The notes: a model not told the origin generated them from the sequence alone. DNA of 64,000 nucleotides from Macrostomum lignano (GCA_002269645.1 NIVC01000672.1:372001-436000); one strand, 5' to 3'; positions 47,490 through 62,400 are shown, numbered from the stretch's first letter. Numbers and translations: made by a program.

Positions 47490-48480
47490 AAATCAGCTCC
47501 ATATCTGGCACAGTCAGCTCCATATCTGGCACAATCAGCTCCATATCTGGCACAGTCAGCTCCATATCTGGCACAATCAGCTCCATATCTGGCACAGTCA
47601 GCTCCATATCTGGCACAATCAGCTCCATATCTGGCACAGTCAGCTCCATATCTGGCACAATCAGCTCCATATCTGGCACAGTCAGCTCCATATCTGGCAC
47701 AATCAGCTCCATATCTGGCACAATCAGCTCCATATCTGGCACAATCAGCTCCATATCTGGCACAGTCAGCTCCATATCTGGCACAATCAGCTCCATATCT
47801 GGCACAGTCAGCTCCATATCTGGCACAATCAGCTCCATATCTGGCACAGTCAGCTCCATATCTGGCACAATCAGCTCCATATCTGGCACAGTCAGCTCCA
47901 TATCTGGCACAATCAGCTCCATATCTGGCACAATCAGCTCCATATCTGGCACAATCAGCTCCATATCTGGCACAATCAGCTCCATATCTGGCACAATCAG
48001 CTCCATATCTGGCACAATCAGCTCCATATCTGGCACAATCAGCTCCATATCTGGCACAGTCAGCTCCATATCTGGCACAATCAGCTCCATATCTGGCACA
48101 GTCAGCTCCATATCTGACACAATCAGCTCCATATCTGGCACAATCAGCAGCATATCTGGCACAATCAGCTCCATATCTGGCACAGTCAGCTCCATATCTG
48201 GCACAATCAGCTCCATATCTGACACAATCAGCTCCATATCTGGCACAATCAGCTCCATACCTGGCACAGTCAGCTCCATATCTGGCACAATCAGCTCCAT
48301 ATCTGGCACAATCAGCTCCATATCTGGCACAATCAGCTCCATACCTGGCACAGTCAGCTCCATATCTGGCACAATCAGCTCCATATCTGGCACAATCAGC
48401 TCCATATCTGGCACAGTCAGCTCCATATCTGGCACAATCAGCTCCATATCTGGCACAGTCAGCTCCATACCTGGCACAGT
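47490..48480. repeat. 21-bp minisatellite (TCAGCTCCATATCTGGCACAA), about 47 units
   Basis: Directly visible. Confidence 0.95.
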
Positions 48481-48877
48481 CATGCTGCAATTCCAAGCAC
48501 TCCTCAACCGCAGGTGGATGTGTACGCCTTCGGCATCCTGTTCTGGTACGTGTGCGCCGACACGGTGCGCCTGCCGCACAACTTCGAGAAGTGCAGCAGC
48601 AAGGACGCCCTGTGGAGCTCCGTGAAGCGCGGCGTGCGGCCGGAGCGGCTCCCGGCCTTCACCGACCAGTGCTGGGACCTCATGCGGCACTGCTGGGACG
48701 GCCTTCCCGACCGCCGCCCGCTGCCTGGCGACCTCCTGCCGACCCTGCAGGCCCTGCTGGCAGAGGCTCGGGCCGCCCCCGCCTCCCCCGCCTGCCAGGC
48801 CGGCGGCCCGCCATCCGGGCACCTCGTCAGCGACTTGCTGTGACGCCCGGGCTGAACTGGACACCCCATCATCTGGA

Positions 48878-49690
48878 TATCTCAGTCCCGCACCTGGATC
48901 CCTCAGTCCCGCACCTGGATTCTTCAGTCTCGCACCTGGATTCCTCAGTCCCGCACCTGGAAATCCCTCAGTCCCGCACCTGGATTCTTCAGTCCCGCAC
49001 CTGGATTCCTCAGTCCCGCACCTGGAAATCCCTCAGTCCCGCACCTGGATCTCTCAGTCCCGCCCCTGGAAATCCCTCAGTCCCGCACCTGGATCTCTCA
49101 GTCCCGCACCTGGATCTCTCTGTCCCGCACCTGGATCTCTCAGTCCCGCACCTGGATCCCTCAGTCCCGCACCTGGATCTCTCAGTCCCGCACCTGGATC
49201 CCTCAGTCCCGCACCTGGATCCATCAGTCCCGCACCTGGATTCCTCAGTCCCGCACCTGGATCTCTCAGTCCCGCCCCTGGAAATCCCTCAGTCCCGCAC
49301 CTGGATCTCTCAGTCCCGCTCCTGGATCTCTCTGTCCCGCACCTGGATCTCTCAGTCCCGCACCTGGATCCCTCAGTCCCGCACCTGGATCTCTCAGTCC
49401 CGCACCTGGATCCCTCAGTCCCGCACCTGGATTCTTCAGTCTCGCACCTGGATTCCTCAGTCCCGCACCTGGAAATCCCTCAGTCCCGCACCTGGATCTC
49501 TCAGTCCCGCCCCTGGAAATCCCTCAGTCCCGCACCTGGATCTCTCAGTCCCGCACCTGGATCTCTCTGTCCCGCACCTGGATCTCTCAGTCCCGCACCT
49601 GGATCCCTCAGTCCCGCACCTGGATCTCTCAGTCCCGCACCTGGATCCCTCAGTCCCGCACCTGGATCCATCAGTCCCGCACCTGGATCC
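48878..49690. repeat. 21-bp minisatellite (TCAGTCCCGCACCTGGATCYC), about 38 units
   Basis: Directly visible. Confidence 0.95.
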
Positions 49691-50070
49691 CTGTGCCCAG
49701 CCAGTGTCAATCAGCGCTATTCCTACTCAACTGTGTCTGCTTATTCCGCAACCCTCAGCGCCTGCTGCTTTCATTCGGTTACCTGCGTTTCTGTCAAATT
49801 GATAAACTTTGTTACCCTTTGCTGCTTCTGCTGAGTCCCCATTAAATCTCTAGTGGGGTGTTTTATTGCGGTGCATCATGGCTTTGCTTACCTGGCAGGT
49901 GCATGGCATCGCAGCATTTAGATGTTACTGCTGGAACTCATTGCTCACTTTGAAACTGAATGAGAATGCCGCCACTGTGAAATAAAATACTCGCTGCTTT
50001 GAAAGTATGTCTTTTCCACAGATTTTCATACGAATCATCATCTCACCTGAGTTCCAACTCATAACGAGTA

Positions 50071-50850
50071 TGAGTGAGTGAGTGAGTGAGTGAGTGAGTG
50101 AGTGAATTAATGAGTGAGTGAGTGAGTGAGTGAGTGAGTGAGTGAGTGAGTGAGTGAGTGAGTGAGTGAGTGAGTGAGTGAGTGAGTGAGTGAGTGAGTG
50201 AGTGAGTGAGTGAGTGAGTAAGTGAGTGAGTGAGTGAGTGAGTAAGTGAGTAAGTGAGTGAGTGAGTGAGTGAGTGAGTGAGTGAGTGAGTGAGTGAGTG
50301 AGTGAGTGAGTGAGTGAGTGAGTGAGTGAGTGAGTGAGTGAGTGAGTGAGTGAGTGAGTGAGTGAGTGAGTGAGTGAGTGAGTGAGTGAGTGAGTGAGTG
50401 AGTGAGTGAGTGAGTGAGTGAGTGAGTGAATTAATGAGTGAGTGAGTGAATGAGTAAGTGAGTGAGTGAGTGAGTGAGTGAGTGAGTGAGTGAGTGAGTG
50501 AGTGAGTGAGTGAGTGAGTGAGTGAGTGAGTGAGTGAGTGAGTGAGTGAGTGAGTGAGTGAGTGAGTGAGTGAGTGAGTGAGTGAGTGAGTGAGTAAGTG
50601 AGTGAGTGAGTGAGTGAGTGAGTGAGTGAGTGAGTGAGTGAGTGAGTGAGTGAGTGAGTGAGTGAGTGAGTGAGTGAGTGAATGAGTGAGTGAATTAATG
50701 AGTGAGTGAGTGAGTGAATTAATGAGTGAGTGAGTGAGTGAGTGAGTGAGTGAGTGAGTGAGTGAATGAATGAGTAAGTGAGTGAGTGAGTGAGTGAGTG
50801 AGTGAGTGAGTGAGTGAGTGAGTGAGTGAGTGAGTGAGGGAGTGAGTGCG
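50071..50850. repeat. (GAGT)n microsatellite
   Basis: Directly visible. Confidence 0.97.
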
Positions 50851-50949
50851 CTCGAGTTACCTCGGTGACTTCGGGGACTCGCTCAGCCAATTAATTTAAT
50901 TGAAATGGGGCACAATCAAAGACTACTAGACTGTTATATACAGTGGTCT

Positions 50950-51775
50950 GTGATTGGCTCCTCATGTTAGCTCGAGTAGCTATTCAATTGGTTCCACAGA
51001 AGCTCTGCGATTGGCTCCCCATGTCAGCTCGTGTAGCTATTCAATTGGTTCCAAAGAAGTTCTGCGATTGGCTCCCCATGTCAGCTCGAGTAGCTATTCA
51101 ATTGGTTCCACAGAAGCTCTGCGATTGGCTCCCCATGTCAGCTCGTGTAGCTATTCAATTGGTTCCAAAGAAGTTCTGCGATTGGCTCCCCATGTCAGCT
51201 CGAGTAGCTATTCAATTGGTTCCACAGAAGCTCTGCGATTGGCTCCCCATGTCAGCTCGTGTAGCTATTCAATTGGTTCCAAAGAAGTTCTGCGATTGGC
51301 TCCCCATGTCAGCTCGAGTAGCTATTCAATTGGTTCCACAGAAGCTCTGCGATTGGCTCCCCATGTCAGCTCGTGTAGCTATTCAATTGGTTCCACAGAA
51401 GCTCTGCGATTGGCTCCCCATGTCAGCTCGAGTAGCTATTCAATTGGTTCCACAGAAGCTCTGCGATTGGCTCCCCATGTCAGCTCGAGTAGCTGTTCAA
51501 TTGGTTCCAAAGAAGTTCTGCGATTGGCTCCCCATGTCAGCTCGAGTAGCTATTCAATTGGTTCCACAGAAGCTCTGCGATTGGCTCTCCATGTTAGCTC
51601 GTGTAGCTATTCAATTGGTTCCAAAGAAGTTCTGCGATTGGCTCTCCATGTCAGCTCGAGTAGCTATTCAATTGGTTCCACAGAAGCTCTGCGATTGGCT
51701 CCCCATGTCAGCTCGAGTAGCTATTCAATTGGTTCCACAGAAGCTCTGCGATTGGCTCTCCATGTTAGCTCGGTA
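50950..51775. repeat. 57-bp minisatellite, about 14 units
   Basis: CTCTGCGATTGGCTCCCCATGTCAGCTCGAGTAGCTATTCAATTGGTTCCACAGAAG repeated. Confidence 0.95.
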
Positions 51776-52944
51776 CATATTTTGGTTTCACTCACTTTTG
51801 GCGAATTTGAATTGTGAAAAGATAAGCGCTCGATTCATATCTATATTTGGCTAGATGGCTAAACTGGAATTTTCAATATATATTTAATAGTTTAATATAG
51901 TTAATTAGGGAAGTTTCACGGACAGCAGATCTGCAGATTTTAAGGGGAGGCAAATTATAGAATTGGCGATTAAATAAGGATAACCAGCATGCTGAGTAAA
52001 GAGGATAAACAAAAAATAAGCAGGTAAAGTGGCTCGCTTGATGAAGAGTAGATAAATAAAGGTAAATATCAACATGAAGTATTATTTGAGTTGCCGATGC
52101 ATTTCGTCCATTTGCATTAGGACATCGTCAGGGTCTTTTTTTTATTTCAATTCGTTCAAATTGTTTCTCAATAAAAAGACCCTGACGATGTCCTAATGCA
52201 AATGGACGAAATGCATCGGCAACTCAAATAATACTTCATGTTGATATTTACCTTTATTTAAAAAATAAGCAATTTTCAGATAATTGTAATATTTTGTTAC
52301 TATAACAGACAGCAAACTAAACGTCTTGATAATTAAAGGTTTTGATAAATATATGTTTATAAATAATTTAACGCAAGAGCAAACTATAAAAAGCGACAAA
52401 TAAATGAACTGGCATCACTGCAAACATACTTTTTTTAGGCGACAGAAAACTAAAATCTAATAAATAAGTTTCAACAGATATCTATATATAATTGTACGCA
52501 AGAACTAACACAAAGGGACAGACAAACATAACATATCGAAAACAAACGAAACATCTTGATGAATAACGAACGGTTTCAATATATGTTTTAAACAATTTTT
52601 CGCAAGAGCAAGCTAAAAGATGATCAACAAAACTTGCATATTTAAATACAAACATTTTTAAGCGACAGAAAACTTCAAGTAAGGATAGATCAGTAATTTA
52701 AAGACAGCACACGTACAAAAAGTCCACACCACAGAAACTGGGCTACGTTGGATGCGACTTCAACCATGATACATCTGAAGGATTAATTGTTGGTAAAAAG
52801 TCCCTTTTGTTGCATTGCCTCCAGCAAGATGCACAGCTGTTTTTAAATACTTTTTGATTCCAGGGAATTTCACCACCCATAACTGTTAAAGGCCTGTGCT
52901 CTCGTACGCGATTTGTCAGATGAATGATTCTTTATTTAATTGTG

Positions 52945-54307
52945 CTGAGTGGTACTGAGGGGAATGATGCTGAGTGGGGACTGAGGGGAATGATGCTGAG
53001 TGATACTGAGGGGAATGATGCTGAGTGATACTGAGGGGAATGATGCTGAGTGGCACGGAGGGGAATGATGCTGAGTGATACTGAGGGGAATGATGCTGAG
53101 TGGCACTGAGGGGAATGATGCTGAGTGATACTGAAGGGAATGATGCTGAGTGAGACTGAGGGGAATGATGCTGAGTGGGACTGAGGGGAATGATGCTGAG
53201 TGACACTGAGGGGAATGATGCTGAGTGGGACTGAGTGGAATGATGCTGAGTGACACTGAGGGGAATGATGCTGAGTGACACTGAGGGGAATGATGCTGAG
53301 TGGCACTGAGGGGAATGATGCTGAGTGATACTGAAGGGAATGATGCTGAGTGGCACTGAGGGGAATGATGCTGAGTGGGACTGAGGGGAATGATGCTGAG
53401 TGATACTGAAGGGAATGATGCTGAGTGAGACTGAGGGGAATGATGCTGAGTGGGACTGAGGGGAATGATGCTGAGTGACACTGAGGGGAATGATGCTGAG
53501 TGGGACTGAGTGGAATGATGCTGAGTGACACTGAGGGGAATGATGCTGAGTGGGACTGAGGGGAATGATGCTGAGTGACACTGAGGGGAATGATGCTGAG
53601 TGGGGACTGAGGGGAATGATGCTGAGTGATACTGAGGGGAATGATGCTGAGTGATACTGAGGGGAATGATGCTGAGTGGCACTGAGGGGAATGATGCTGA
53701 GTGATACTGAGGGGAATGATGCTGAGTGGCACTGAGGGGAATGATGCTGAGTGATACTGAAGGGAATGATGCTGAGTGAGACTGAGGGGAATGATGCTGA
53801 GTGGGACTGAGGGGAATGATGCTGAGTGATACTGAGGGGAATGATGCTGAGTGATACTGAGGGGAATGATGCTGAGTGACACTGAGGGGAATGATGCTGA
53901 GTGGCACTGAGGGGAATGATGCTGAGTGATACTGAGGGGAATGATGCTGAGTGAGACTGAGGGGAATGATGCTGAGTGATACTGAGGGGAATGATGCTGA
54001 GTGATACTGAGGGGAATGATGCTGAGTGAGACTGAGGGGAATGATGCTGAGTGAAACTGAGGGGATTGATGCTGAGTGATACTGAGGGGAATGATGCTGA
54101 GTGAGACTGAGGGGAATGATGCCGAGTGGCACTGAGGGGAATGATGCTGAGTGATACTGAGGGGAATGATGCTGAGTGGCATTGAGGGGAATGAGGCTGA
54201 GTGGCACTGAGGGGAATGATGCTGAGTGATACTGAGGGGAATGATGCTGAGTGATACTGAGGGGAATGATGCTGAGTGGCACTGAGGGGAATGATGCTGA
54301 GTGGCAC
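52945..54307. repeat. 25-bp minisatellite (GAGGGGAATGATGCTGAGTGATACT)
   Basis: Directly visible; paralog of 17170-18375. Confidence 0.97.
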
Positions 54308-54609
54308 CTAAATATTGGATATACTATTTTTACATTTAGATTTACATTTCGATATTAATATTACATATTTTCACAAACATTCGAGTTAAACTAAAACGAA
54401 CCAAAACTCGCTTCGCTTGAAACCCCAAGGCGAGAGAAAACTCAAATCCAAAATTTGAAGTCGCAAAAGCAATGTTAGCAAGTTTTCAAATCGCATATGG
54501 ATTTAAATAATGAGGATTTCACATAACTTAATGTCAGTGCGACAGCAACAAGTCGATCTTGTCAGGTACAACTTACTGATGTACCATTCATAAAGCAACT
54601 TAAGCTTCT

Positions 54610-55389
54610 CTACTTTCTTTTCTTTTTCTTTTTCTTATTTTTCTTTTTCTGGTTCTGCTGCTGCTGTTGGCTCTGCTGTTGTTGCTGAACTGCTTTACCA
54701 GCTGCTCTCTGCTCAGCCGGAGCCAGGAAAAACTTTTTGTCCATTCGCACCAGCCAAGAGGACACCTGCCGCTTATCGGCTGAATTTTTGTGCGCCATTT
54801 CGTAATTGACTCGCTCGATCATGGACACGACGTCTTCTTTCTTACCGAACTCCTTGAACACCGAGCATAGCGAAGTGATGAATCGAGACCCCTTTGACCC
54901 CTCTCTCGCACTCGTCTCTAGTGGCACAGTTGAGTGCGCCACAATGACGTCCTCGTATTCAGGCAGAGGTTCGCGCTCGCTTTGCTCGTCCGACACACCG
55001 TCGCTATAGTTGCGACACACCTGGAAAATCAGCAGCTTCGGTTTATCGGTTCTTTTTCCGGCAAACTTTTGTAGAATATCTTTTTCTTGTACGTAAGCAT
55101 CGTCGGATCCGGACTGGTGTCCTATTATACCGTGAGTCATCAGTACAAGAATAGCAACGTCTTCTTCTAAGACCAAATGACCTATTTTTTCACGAGTCAG
55201 ATTGGTTCTGATTGAAACACAGAATCCCAATTCAGTGAACACTTTTAACAGTCTCTGAGTGTCCTTCTCGGAACCCAAGCGATTGCCATGTCTGCCGAAT
55301 ATGAGATTGTTGATGATGAGCACGCGGGTGCTGGGATCGGCAGTTGAATAGCTTTGTTCCTCACCTGTCTGCGTCAGCTTCCACAGTCT

Positions 55390-55458
<69 letters not shown>

Positions 55459-56084
55459 CACAGTCTCGCTGCTGTTTTCTCTCTCTTCTCTACGAGAGCA
55501 TTCCGGCACGGGTATTTCAGGATCGACTTTGATTGCACAGTGAAATTTAGCCAAGCCGCATTTTTTGCAAACTTTCTTCGGTGACGATTCTTTAAGATTG
55601 TCTCCACAGCGGACGCAATCTTTGCAGTTGACGCAGATCAGTGGTATGTGACTTGCACTGTCTTTGCACGTGTCCTTGCAACTGCAGTCAGCGGCCGCCG
55701 AATCGACGGCTGCCGAATCGACAGCACAAGAGCACAGCGTGACTGGCTCAGATTTTTCAAAATTATCGAGGAGTGTTTTTACTCGTATCTTTCGCTTCTG
55801 ATCCTCATTAGTTTCAATTTTAATCCAAACGTCACCATGTCCGTCAATTTGTTGAAAGTCGTTATCTAGCTTGTCGCTAGCAACTACAACTGCATACTGC
55901 GAAGTGTCTGGTACTTGGATTTCTCCATACTCGTATTCAGCGTGCACTTCCCATCCATTCGCCTCCAGAGCAATTTTCTTCTGCTTCTTTTTCAGCGTTT
56001 CGTTCGTTGAATTCTCTGAATCCTTCTTGACAAGGATGAGAGCTGAATGACGTTTGGTTTCCGATGATGGTGGCTTTGATTGAT
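54610..56084 (-). CDS. Caspase-like protease type A, second copy (A3, in the duplicated block), with a poly-Ala insertion and a Lys-rich tail; start codon not identifiable
   Basis: MTHG and QVCR are intact and the frame is open from the acceptor at 56084. The spliced A|TG start of A1 reads A|AT here. Confidence 0.75.
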
Positions 56085-56473
56085 CTGAAATGAAATCAAC
56101 GGCAAGGTTGAAAAGTTTTAAAAAGATTTTAATTTATGCTTACTAGTCTAGATATAGGAAATTTTATCTGTGTAGATAATAGATAGGCTAAATTTTATCT
56201 GTTTCAACATGTTAACCATTAGGTTTTTAATTAATCTTCAACCTCCGATCCTGGCTTATTGAATATTTCGACTATTTGCATAACTGCGCGCATTACTAGC
56301 TACTGCTCAATTCTATGTGCGTAGCAGCTGTGATTTTATGAGTTCGTAAATGATTTGATCTGTACTTATCTGAGCGCCATTATGTGTACCTTTTCCAAAG
56401 AAATGTTACGATATACAATACACTAACATGTTCAGTTCATGTAAAAGTCTATCCAGAATGGAACATAATGTAG

Positions 56474-59400
56474 TCATGACAGTTCAACTGTAAATTTACC
56501 GTTATCCTCGTCAAGAAAGAATTTGTCAGTTGTCTGCACAATCCAGTACGGCAGAGGCACTTTAATATCTTTCTTGCTTTGTTCCTCAAAGTTCTGATAA
56601 GCCGTTGAAAAGCACGCGAAGGCGTATTCAGCATGCCAGTGAAGTATGAGACAGACTAGGCCCATGGGCTAAGGTCTGCGATGCTTCACGCCTGCCCCTA
56701 TCTTCAGCAGGTCAAGGCTGGTGGGAGGTCTGCACCCTCTATTTGCCTCTGGCAGCCGCAGACCCCCCCCCCACGCTGTCTCGCAAGTCGACCCAGGGTA
56801 CTCGTCCCCGCGTGTGTTCAAGGCAGTCCCTAGGGCTGCTGGACAGACTGGGCTCCGGCGCTGGCGACCCTATCCAGTGGCTTCGGCCGAATTTGGGTAT
56901 GCGGGTCTGGCTCGCCAACCTGCAGGCCGTGGTACTGCTCAACGTACTCTCTAATGCCTAAGGTGTTGACCGTGCCGATGGGCTGGAAGGCCGGGGAGTA
57001 GTCCGGTCGCAAGCGGTCCCCCTCCTGGTGTCGGGCCAGCCTTGAGGGTGCTATTGGCCTACTGCCCGGTCAGGTGGAGCGGCCGGGTGGGTACCGCGCC
57101 CCTTTGAGGGTAGCCCACCAACCTTTTATCATGGCCTTCGAGCCGACTATGGATAAACAAGCTATTTCTAGGGACGGGGACCCTTCTAAACCCCAACCTC
57201 AGTCCGAAGGACCGGCCGGCCCTGCTGGCAGATCCCAACCGACTGATTCAACTGTGGCAAAGGAAGGACCGGCTGGCTCTGCTGGCAGATCCGACCAGAG
57301 CTACCAAACTCAAAATACCCTAAGACCTGCCAGCTCCGCTGGTGGATCTAAGGGAACCGCGAGCTCTGAGCCTAAAGGACCGGCCAAATCTGGCAGATCC
57401 GATGAAGCTCAGCGGGCTCGGCTTGAGCGCAAACGCGCTAAACAACGCGCCAAAAGGCAGGCCAAGAAGGGAGCTGCGGGGGCCAAAGCGGCGGCGTCCA
57501 CCATGGATGCTGAAGCGACTGGAGTCCCAAGGCAACCAGGCGGGCCGGCCGGTGGAAGCTCCAGTAGTTCAGCGGCGGCGCTCCCTGGAGCTGCTGCCGC
57601 GGCTGCTGAGGCCGAAACCACGGCGCAACAAATGGCCACTGCCAACAAGGAGGTTCCTTCGGGAGCTACCTTTGCGGCGAAGGCCAAGGCCAAAATCCCG
57701 GGAGTGATCATCCAAGGTCGCGACCAGGACTGGACCACTGATCAGCTTCAAAAAGTGTGGAGTGCTGTTGACTCCTATCTGATTGAGCTGACTGTCGAGG
57801 AGGGAATCTCCATCGGCGTTGAGCGGATGGTGCTGCGAAGCACATTCGTTCTTATTGCTCCTAGCAGCGAGGAGGACGCTCGGCGGCTGCTCCAGCGGCT
57901 ACCGACGGTCTCCTTGGATGCTGACCTTGGTGGAGCTCTTTTTCTTCGCGAGGGCCAGCGTCCAAAGACGATACCCTATGTGGTTTTCGTCCCTGCTAAG
58001 AGCACCGCAGCTGGACCAGACGTTATTCGCCGGGTCCTACTGCGTCTGAACCCCGACCTCCCTGCTAGTGGACTGGTGTATCACCGCAAAGTCCGCAGGG
58101 GGGAGACGGGCAACTCAATTGTCCTCGGCCTTTCCAGCACTTGGGCGAGTCGGTACCCTAATGGATCCTCTTTCCAGCTGGGTGCCCTCAAGCTCAAGTT
58201 GCGCCGAGGAAAGTCTGCCAAAGGGAAGGCTACTGCCAACCCCGGCATCTCCGGCAAGAGCGGGGCGCAGTCTAAGGCCCAAGGAAAGGCGCAAGCCGAT
58301 CCCAAAGCCAAAGCTGCATCTCGCCCCTCTGCTAGCAGCAGTTCGGCGACCGCGGTAACGGCTCCGGCCGAGCCCCGGGAACCAAACCTGCCAGTCGGAG
58401 AAGGAGTTGAGGACGAGGCCGGGTCTTCGGAATCCGAGCTCTCCTCGGCCACCTTGGTGGGGTCTGAAGGTAAAGATGCAGGTGAGGAAGCTTCCTCCAT
58501 CCTGTCATCGGAGCCTGAGGACTCTGCTGGGGGGCCGGTGGGGGTGAGGAGGCCATGGACGTCGACCAACTCCCATCTCCCAGTCAAGCCCCAGCGGCCT
58601 GGGACGAGGACGATCTGTTGTCCAAGTCTCCTTGATGGCCCTGGGCTCTAGCCAGATATTGCATTTAATACAGTATGACTAAGCTCCACGCTGCCAAAGG
58701 AGCGACATTCTGTCTGCAAATAAATTTACAGCATTGCGTATCTGCGTCAGTAAATCTGATGAAGATTGCTGAGCTGTACAGGCCAGGCCTCATCCTGATC
58801 CAGGAACCCTGGATGCGCAACGGTAAGTTGCCCAACATTCCCTCTGGCTACTCTGATTTTTATGTGTGTGGCCCGGGGAACAGCCGCCCTAGAGCGGCTA
58901 TCCTCGCTGCTAGCCATCTCCAGGCTTGGCTGAGGACTGATCTCTCTGATGGAGACCTTTGCGTCATCCAATCTAATCATTTCTCTCCGCGTACGTGTCT
59001 TGTTGCCTCGGTTTATATCCCAGGCGACAGAGACCCTGCTCCGAGAGTTTACTGCGCCTTGCGCAGTACTGCGAGTCCCAGAACGCTGAGCTGTGCTTAG
59101 GGGGCGACCTCAACGCGCACCACAAGCACTGGGGCAGCAAAGATACCAACACTAGAGGAGAGGAGCTTCTGGCCCTCATCTCTAACACAAACCTCATGCT
59201 CTGCAACCGCGGCAGCACTCCTACCTTTAATAATGGCAGATGGACCGAGGTCCTCGACGCCACACTCGTTACCCCAAGACTCTTTGACAGAGTCAAGGAG
59301 TGGAGAGTCTGGTCTGAGGAGCCCTCCCTGTCTGACCACTGCTTTATCGCCTTTAATATCGCGGACACTAAAACCCAGTCTCCGATCACTTGGAGACGCA

Positions 59401-62400
59401 ATATCCGCAACACTGATTGGGCGGCCTACAAGGCTGCCCTTGATCTGCACCTGCAGGAACTCACGGACTTACGTCCGATTGAGACCTGCGAGGATGTGGA
59501 TCATATGGCTGAGACGCTGACAGGTTGCATTATTGCAGCCTACGAAGCGGCTTGTCCTGCTCGCGCCTACAGAGGCAAGACCTCGGCGCCGTGGTGGAAC
59601 CCGGAGCTGGGGAAACTCAGGCGGAAGGCCAAAAGCCTTCATCGCCGTGCCATGAAGACCGGAAACCCGGAGGACATGGAGCTTTTCCGGCAAGCCTCCC
59701 GCAATTTCAAATCTGAAGTGCGCAAGGCCAAGGAATGTAAGTGGCGCCAATTCTGCAATGAATTGGATCAAGACAGACCTACTTCTAGGCTTGTCAAGGC
59801 CCTTACAATGGACAAAATGTCCAAATTAGCCATGATAAAAAAGATGATGGCTCTCTTACTAAAGACCCTGAAGAAGTGCTTCAGCATATGCTTAGCACAT
59901 TCTTCCCGAGGGTACCTACTGCTAGACCGGAGCCCAACCATTCGATGGATGGAGCCACCCTAGCGGCGGGCATTGTCACTGAAGACCTAATCGCTCGTGC
60001 GGTCAGAACCTTCAAACCCTTCAAATCTCCTGGACCTGATGGTATCTACCCTGTTCTCCTTCGTGAAGCAGCCAAGATACCCTCGTTCCTGAGACTCACC
60101 CGCAATCTTATGCGGGCCTCTATCCAGCTGGGATACGTTCCCAAAAGCTGGACTGAAGCTCGAGTAGTCTTTATTCCCAAACCTGGGAAGGGTGACTACC
60201 AAAGCGTCAAGGCCTTCCGGCCAATTAGCTTAACGTCAGCAATGCTTAAGCTCACTGAGAGGCTTATTCTCTGGCGGCTGCTCTCCTGCGAGCTGACAGC
60301 GATGCCCCTCAGCAATAATCAGCACGCCTTCCGTACCGGGAGGTCGACTGACAGCGCCCTGCATGCGATTGTCGAAAAGATTGAACGGGCGGTACTGGGT
60401 GACGGTTACGCCCTGGCTCTCTTTCTTGACATTGTTGGCGCCTTCGACAACGTTATCTTTGAAGCGTTTCAGAGGGCCCTTCAAAATCGCAAAGCTCATG
60501 CTACCCTCATACGGTGGATCATGTACATGATCTCCAACCGTACGGTCACTGCCCAACTTCTTGGGCAAACTGCCTCCACCAGAGTCTGTAAGGGTGGACC
60601 CCAAGGCGGAGTCCTCACCCCGACGCTCTGGAACCTGGTCATGGACGCTCTTCTGAGTGACTCCCGACCTGACCCCGTCTTCAAAGTCGGGTATGCTGAT
60701 GACGTCACGGCCATTGTGGCAGGACCGTCTCCCAGCACGCTCAGGGATCTGATGCAGAGCTTTATCCGCAAAGCAGAATCCTGGGCCAATGACAATGGTT
60801 TGGAACTCTCTGAGCCCAAAACCGTTGCCATTATGTTTACCAGCAGACTACGCTGGAACATACGTCCTCTGCAGCTCTACGGCAGAGATATTGCCTTCGC
60901 GCACCAGACCAGATGTCTCGGGGTCACACTTGACCACCGGCTCAACTGGTCCTTCCACGTGAAAGCAAAAGCTAAGCGTGCCTCAGCCATCCTGGCCCAG
61001 CTCCGACGAGCACTTGGCACTTCTTGGGGTCTATCCCCAAAGCGGCTTTGGTGGATCTATACTTCCGTAGTTAGACCTGCCATTACGTACGCCTCTGTTG
61101 TCTGGGTTAGCGCTACCCAGGTCAAAAGCCATGCAGACCTGCTCAACACGATCCAAGGCAGAGCGTGTAGGCTCATCTGCAACGCCACCAGGTCCACGCC
61201 CTTTGCTGGCATGGGGGCCTTTCTTAATCTTCCGCCTCTTGACCTCTTCATCAGGGGTGAGGCGGCTAGAACGACGCGGCGTCTAATTGATGCCGGCGTC
61301 AAATTCATTTACATGAGAGCACCTGCTAAGCGGAACCTTGTCCCGCATAGCGATCTGTGCCTCAACTTTCTCAACGAGTGTCAGGCCAATCGCGTCTTCA
61401 CCGATGGCATTGCCTCAACGCTCAACCTGAGACAGCGCTACTCCGTAGCTATCGACTCGCGCGATAACATCAATGACCATTGGAACCCTGGTGAGCTTCA
61501 TTGCTACACCGACGGTTCTAAGCAGTCAGCCAACACCGGCTTTGGTGTTGGAATCTTTCTGAACGGGAGGGTCATCGCTACCCACGCTCAATACACTGGG
61601 GTCAACTCCAGTGTTTTCCAAAATGAAGTTCTGGCCATCAGCTCCTGCACTGCAGAGCTTCTCGCCACTGGCGTTACTGGTAAGAACATCATTTTCCATT
61701 CGGACAGCCAAGCTGCCTTGCACGCCATCAGTGGCTGCAGCACCAACTCTGCTACAGTCCTTGACTGTATCAAACTCCTCAATGTGTTGGGTTCCGCCAA
61801 CAAAATTACCCTTAAGTGGGTTCCGGGGCATGTGGGGATCCGAGGAAATGAGTTGGCTGACACCCTTGCAAAAGTTGGTGCCTCCGGCTCCTCTCTCGGC
61901 CCCGAACCTCTTGTCCCGATTCCTGGCTGTGTCATCGACTCGCGCATCAAAGCGTGGATCAGGACTCAGCACCGCTCGACTTGGGCGAACCGCACGAACT
62001 GCAGGCAATCCAGAGGCGCTGTCCCTCAGCCCTCTCACCAGCTCCGGAAGCTCCTCTTGCGCCTCTCGCGCAGAGACATCCGGGCTGCCACCATGACCCT
62101 CTCTGGTCACGGCTGCTTCTCCAGGCACCAGTACCTGCAGGGCAACGCCACCAACGCCACCTGTAGTTTCTGCAACTCAGGTGACGAAACCGCTGAGCAT
62201 TTCGTCAGCATCTGTCCCGCCTTCACGCGGGCCAGACTCACTTACCTCGGGCCACACACATCTATTACTGAAGCGTGCAAACCCGAAAACTTTAATCAGC
62301 TCATGCGCTACCTTCGGGCCACCCGCAGGGCTGAACTCTCCTTTCCAGAGAGCACCATAGCTGCTGGCGACACTGGGGGACCTCCCTGGGCGGCGCCAAC

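Larger units (their letters stand above)
46957..48843 (+). pseudogene. DSTYK: 5'-truncated DSTYK duplicate (exons 8 and 9 only: 46957-47179 and 48514-48843)
   Basis: Nearly identical to exons 8-9 of the full gene (Q>K and S>P in exon 9); no upstream DSTYK exons are present between 24 kb and 46.8 kb. Confidence 0.85.

Noticed and set aside
50950-51775. CRISPR-like regular repeat
   Set aside because: Head-to-tail units with no unique spacers, in a eukaryotic context with no cas genes; the same applies to all other arrays here.
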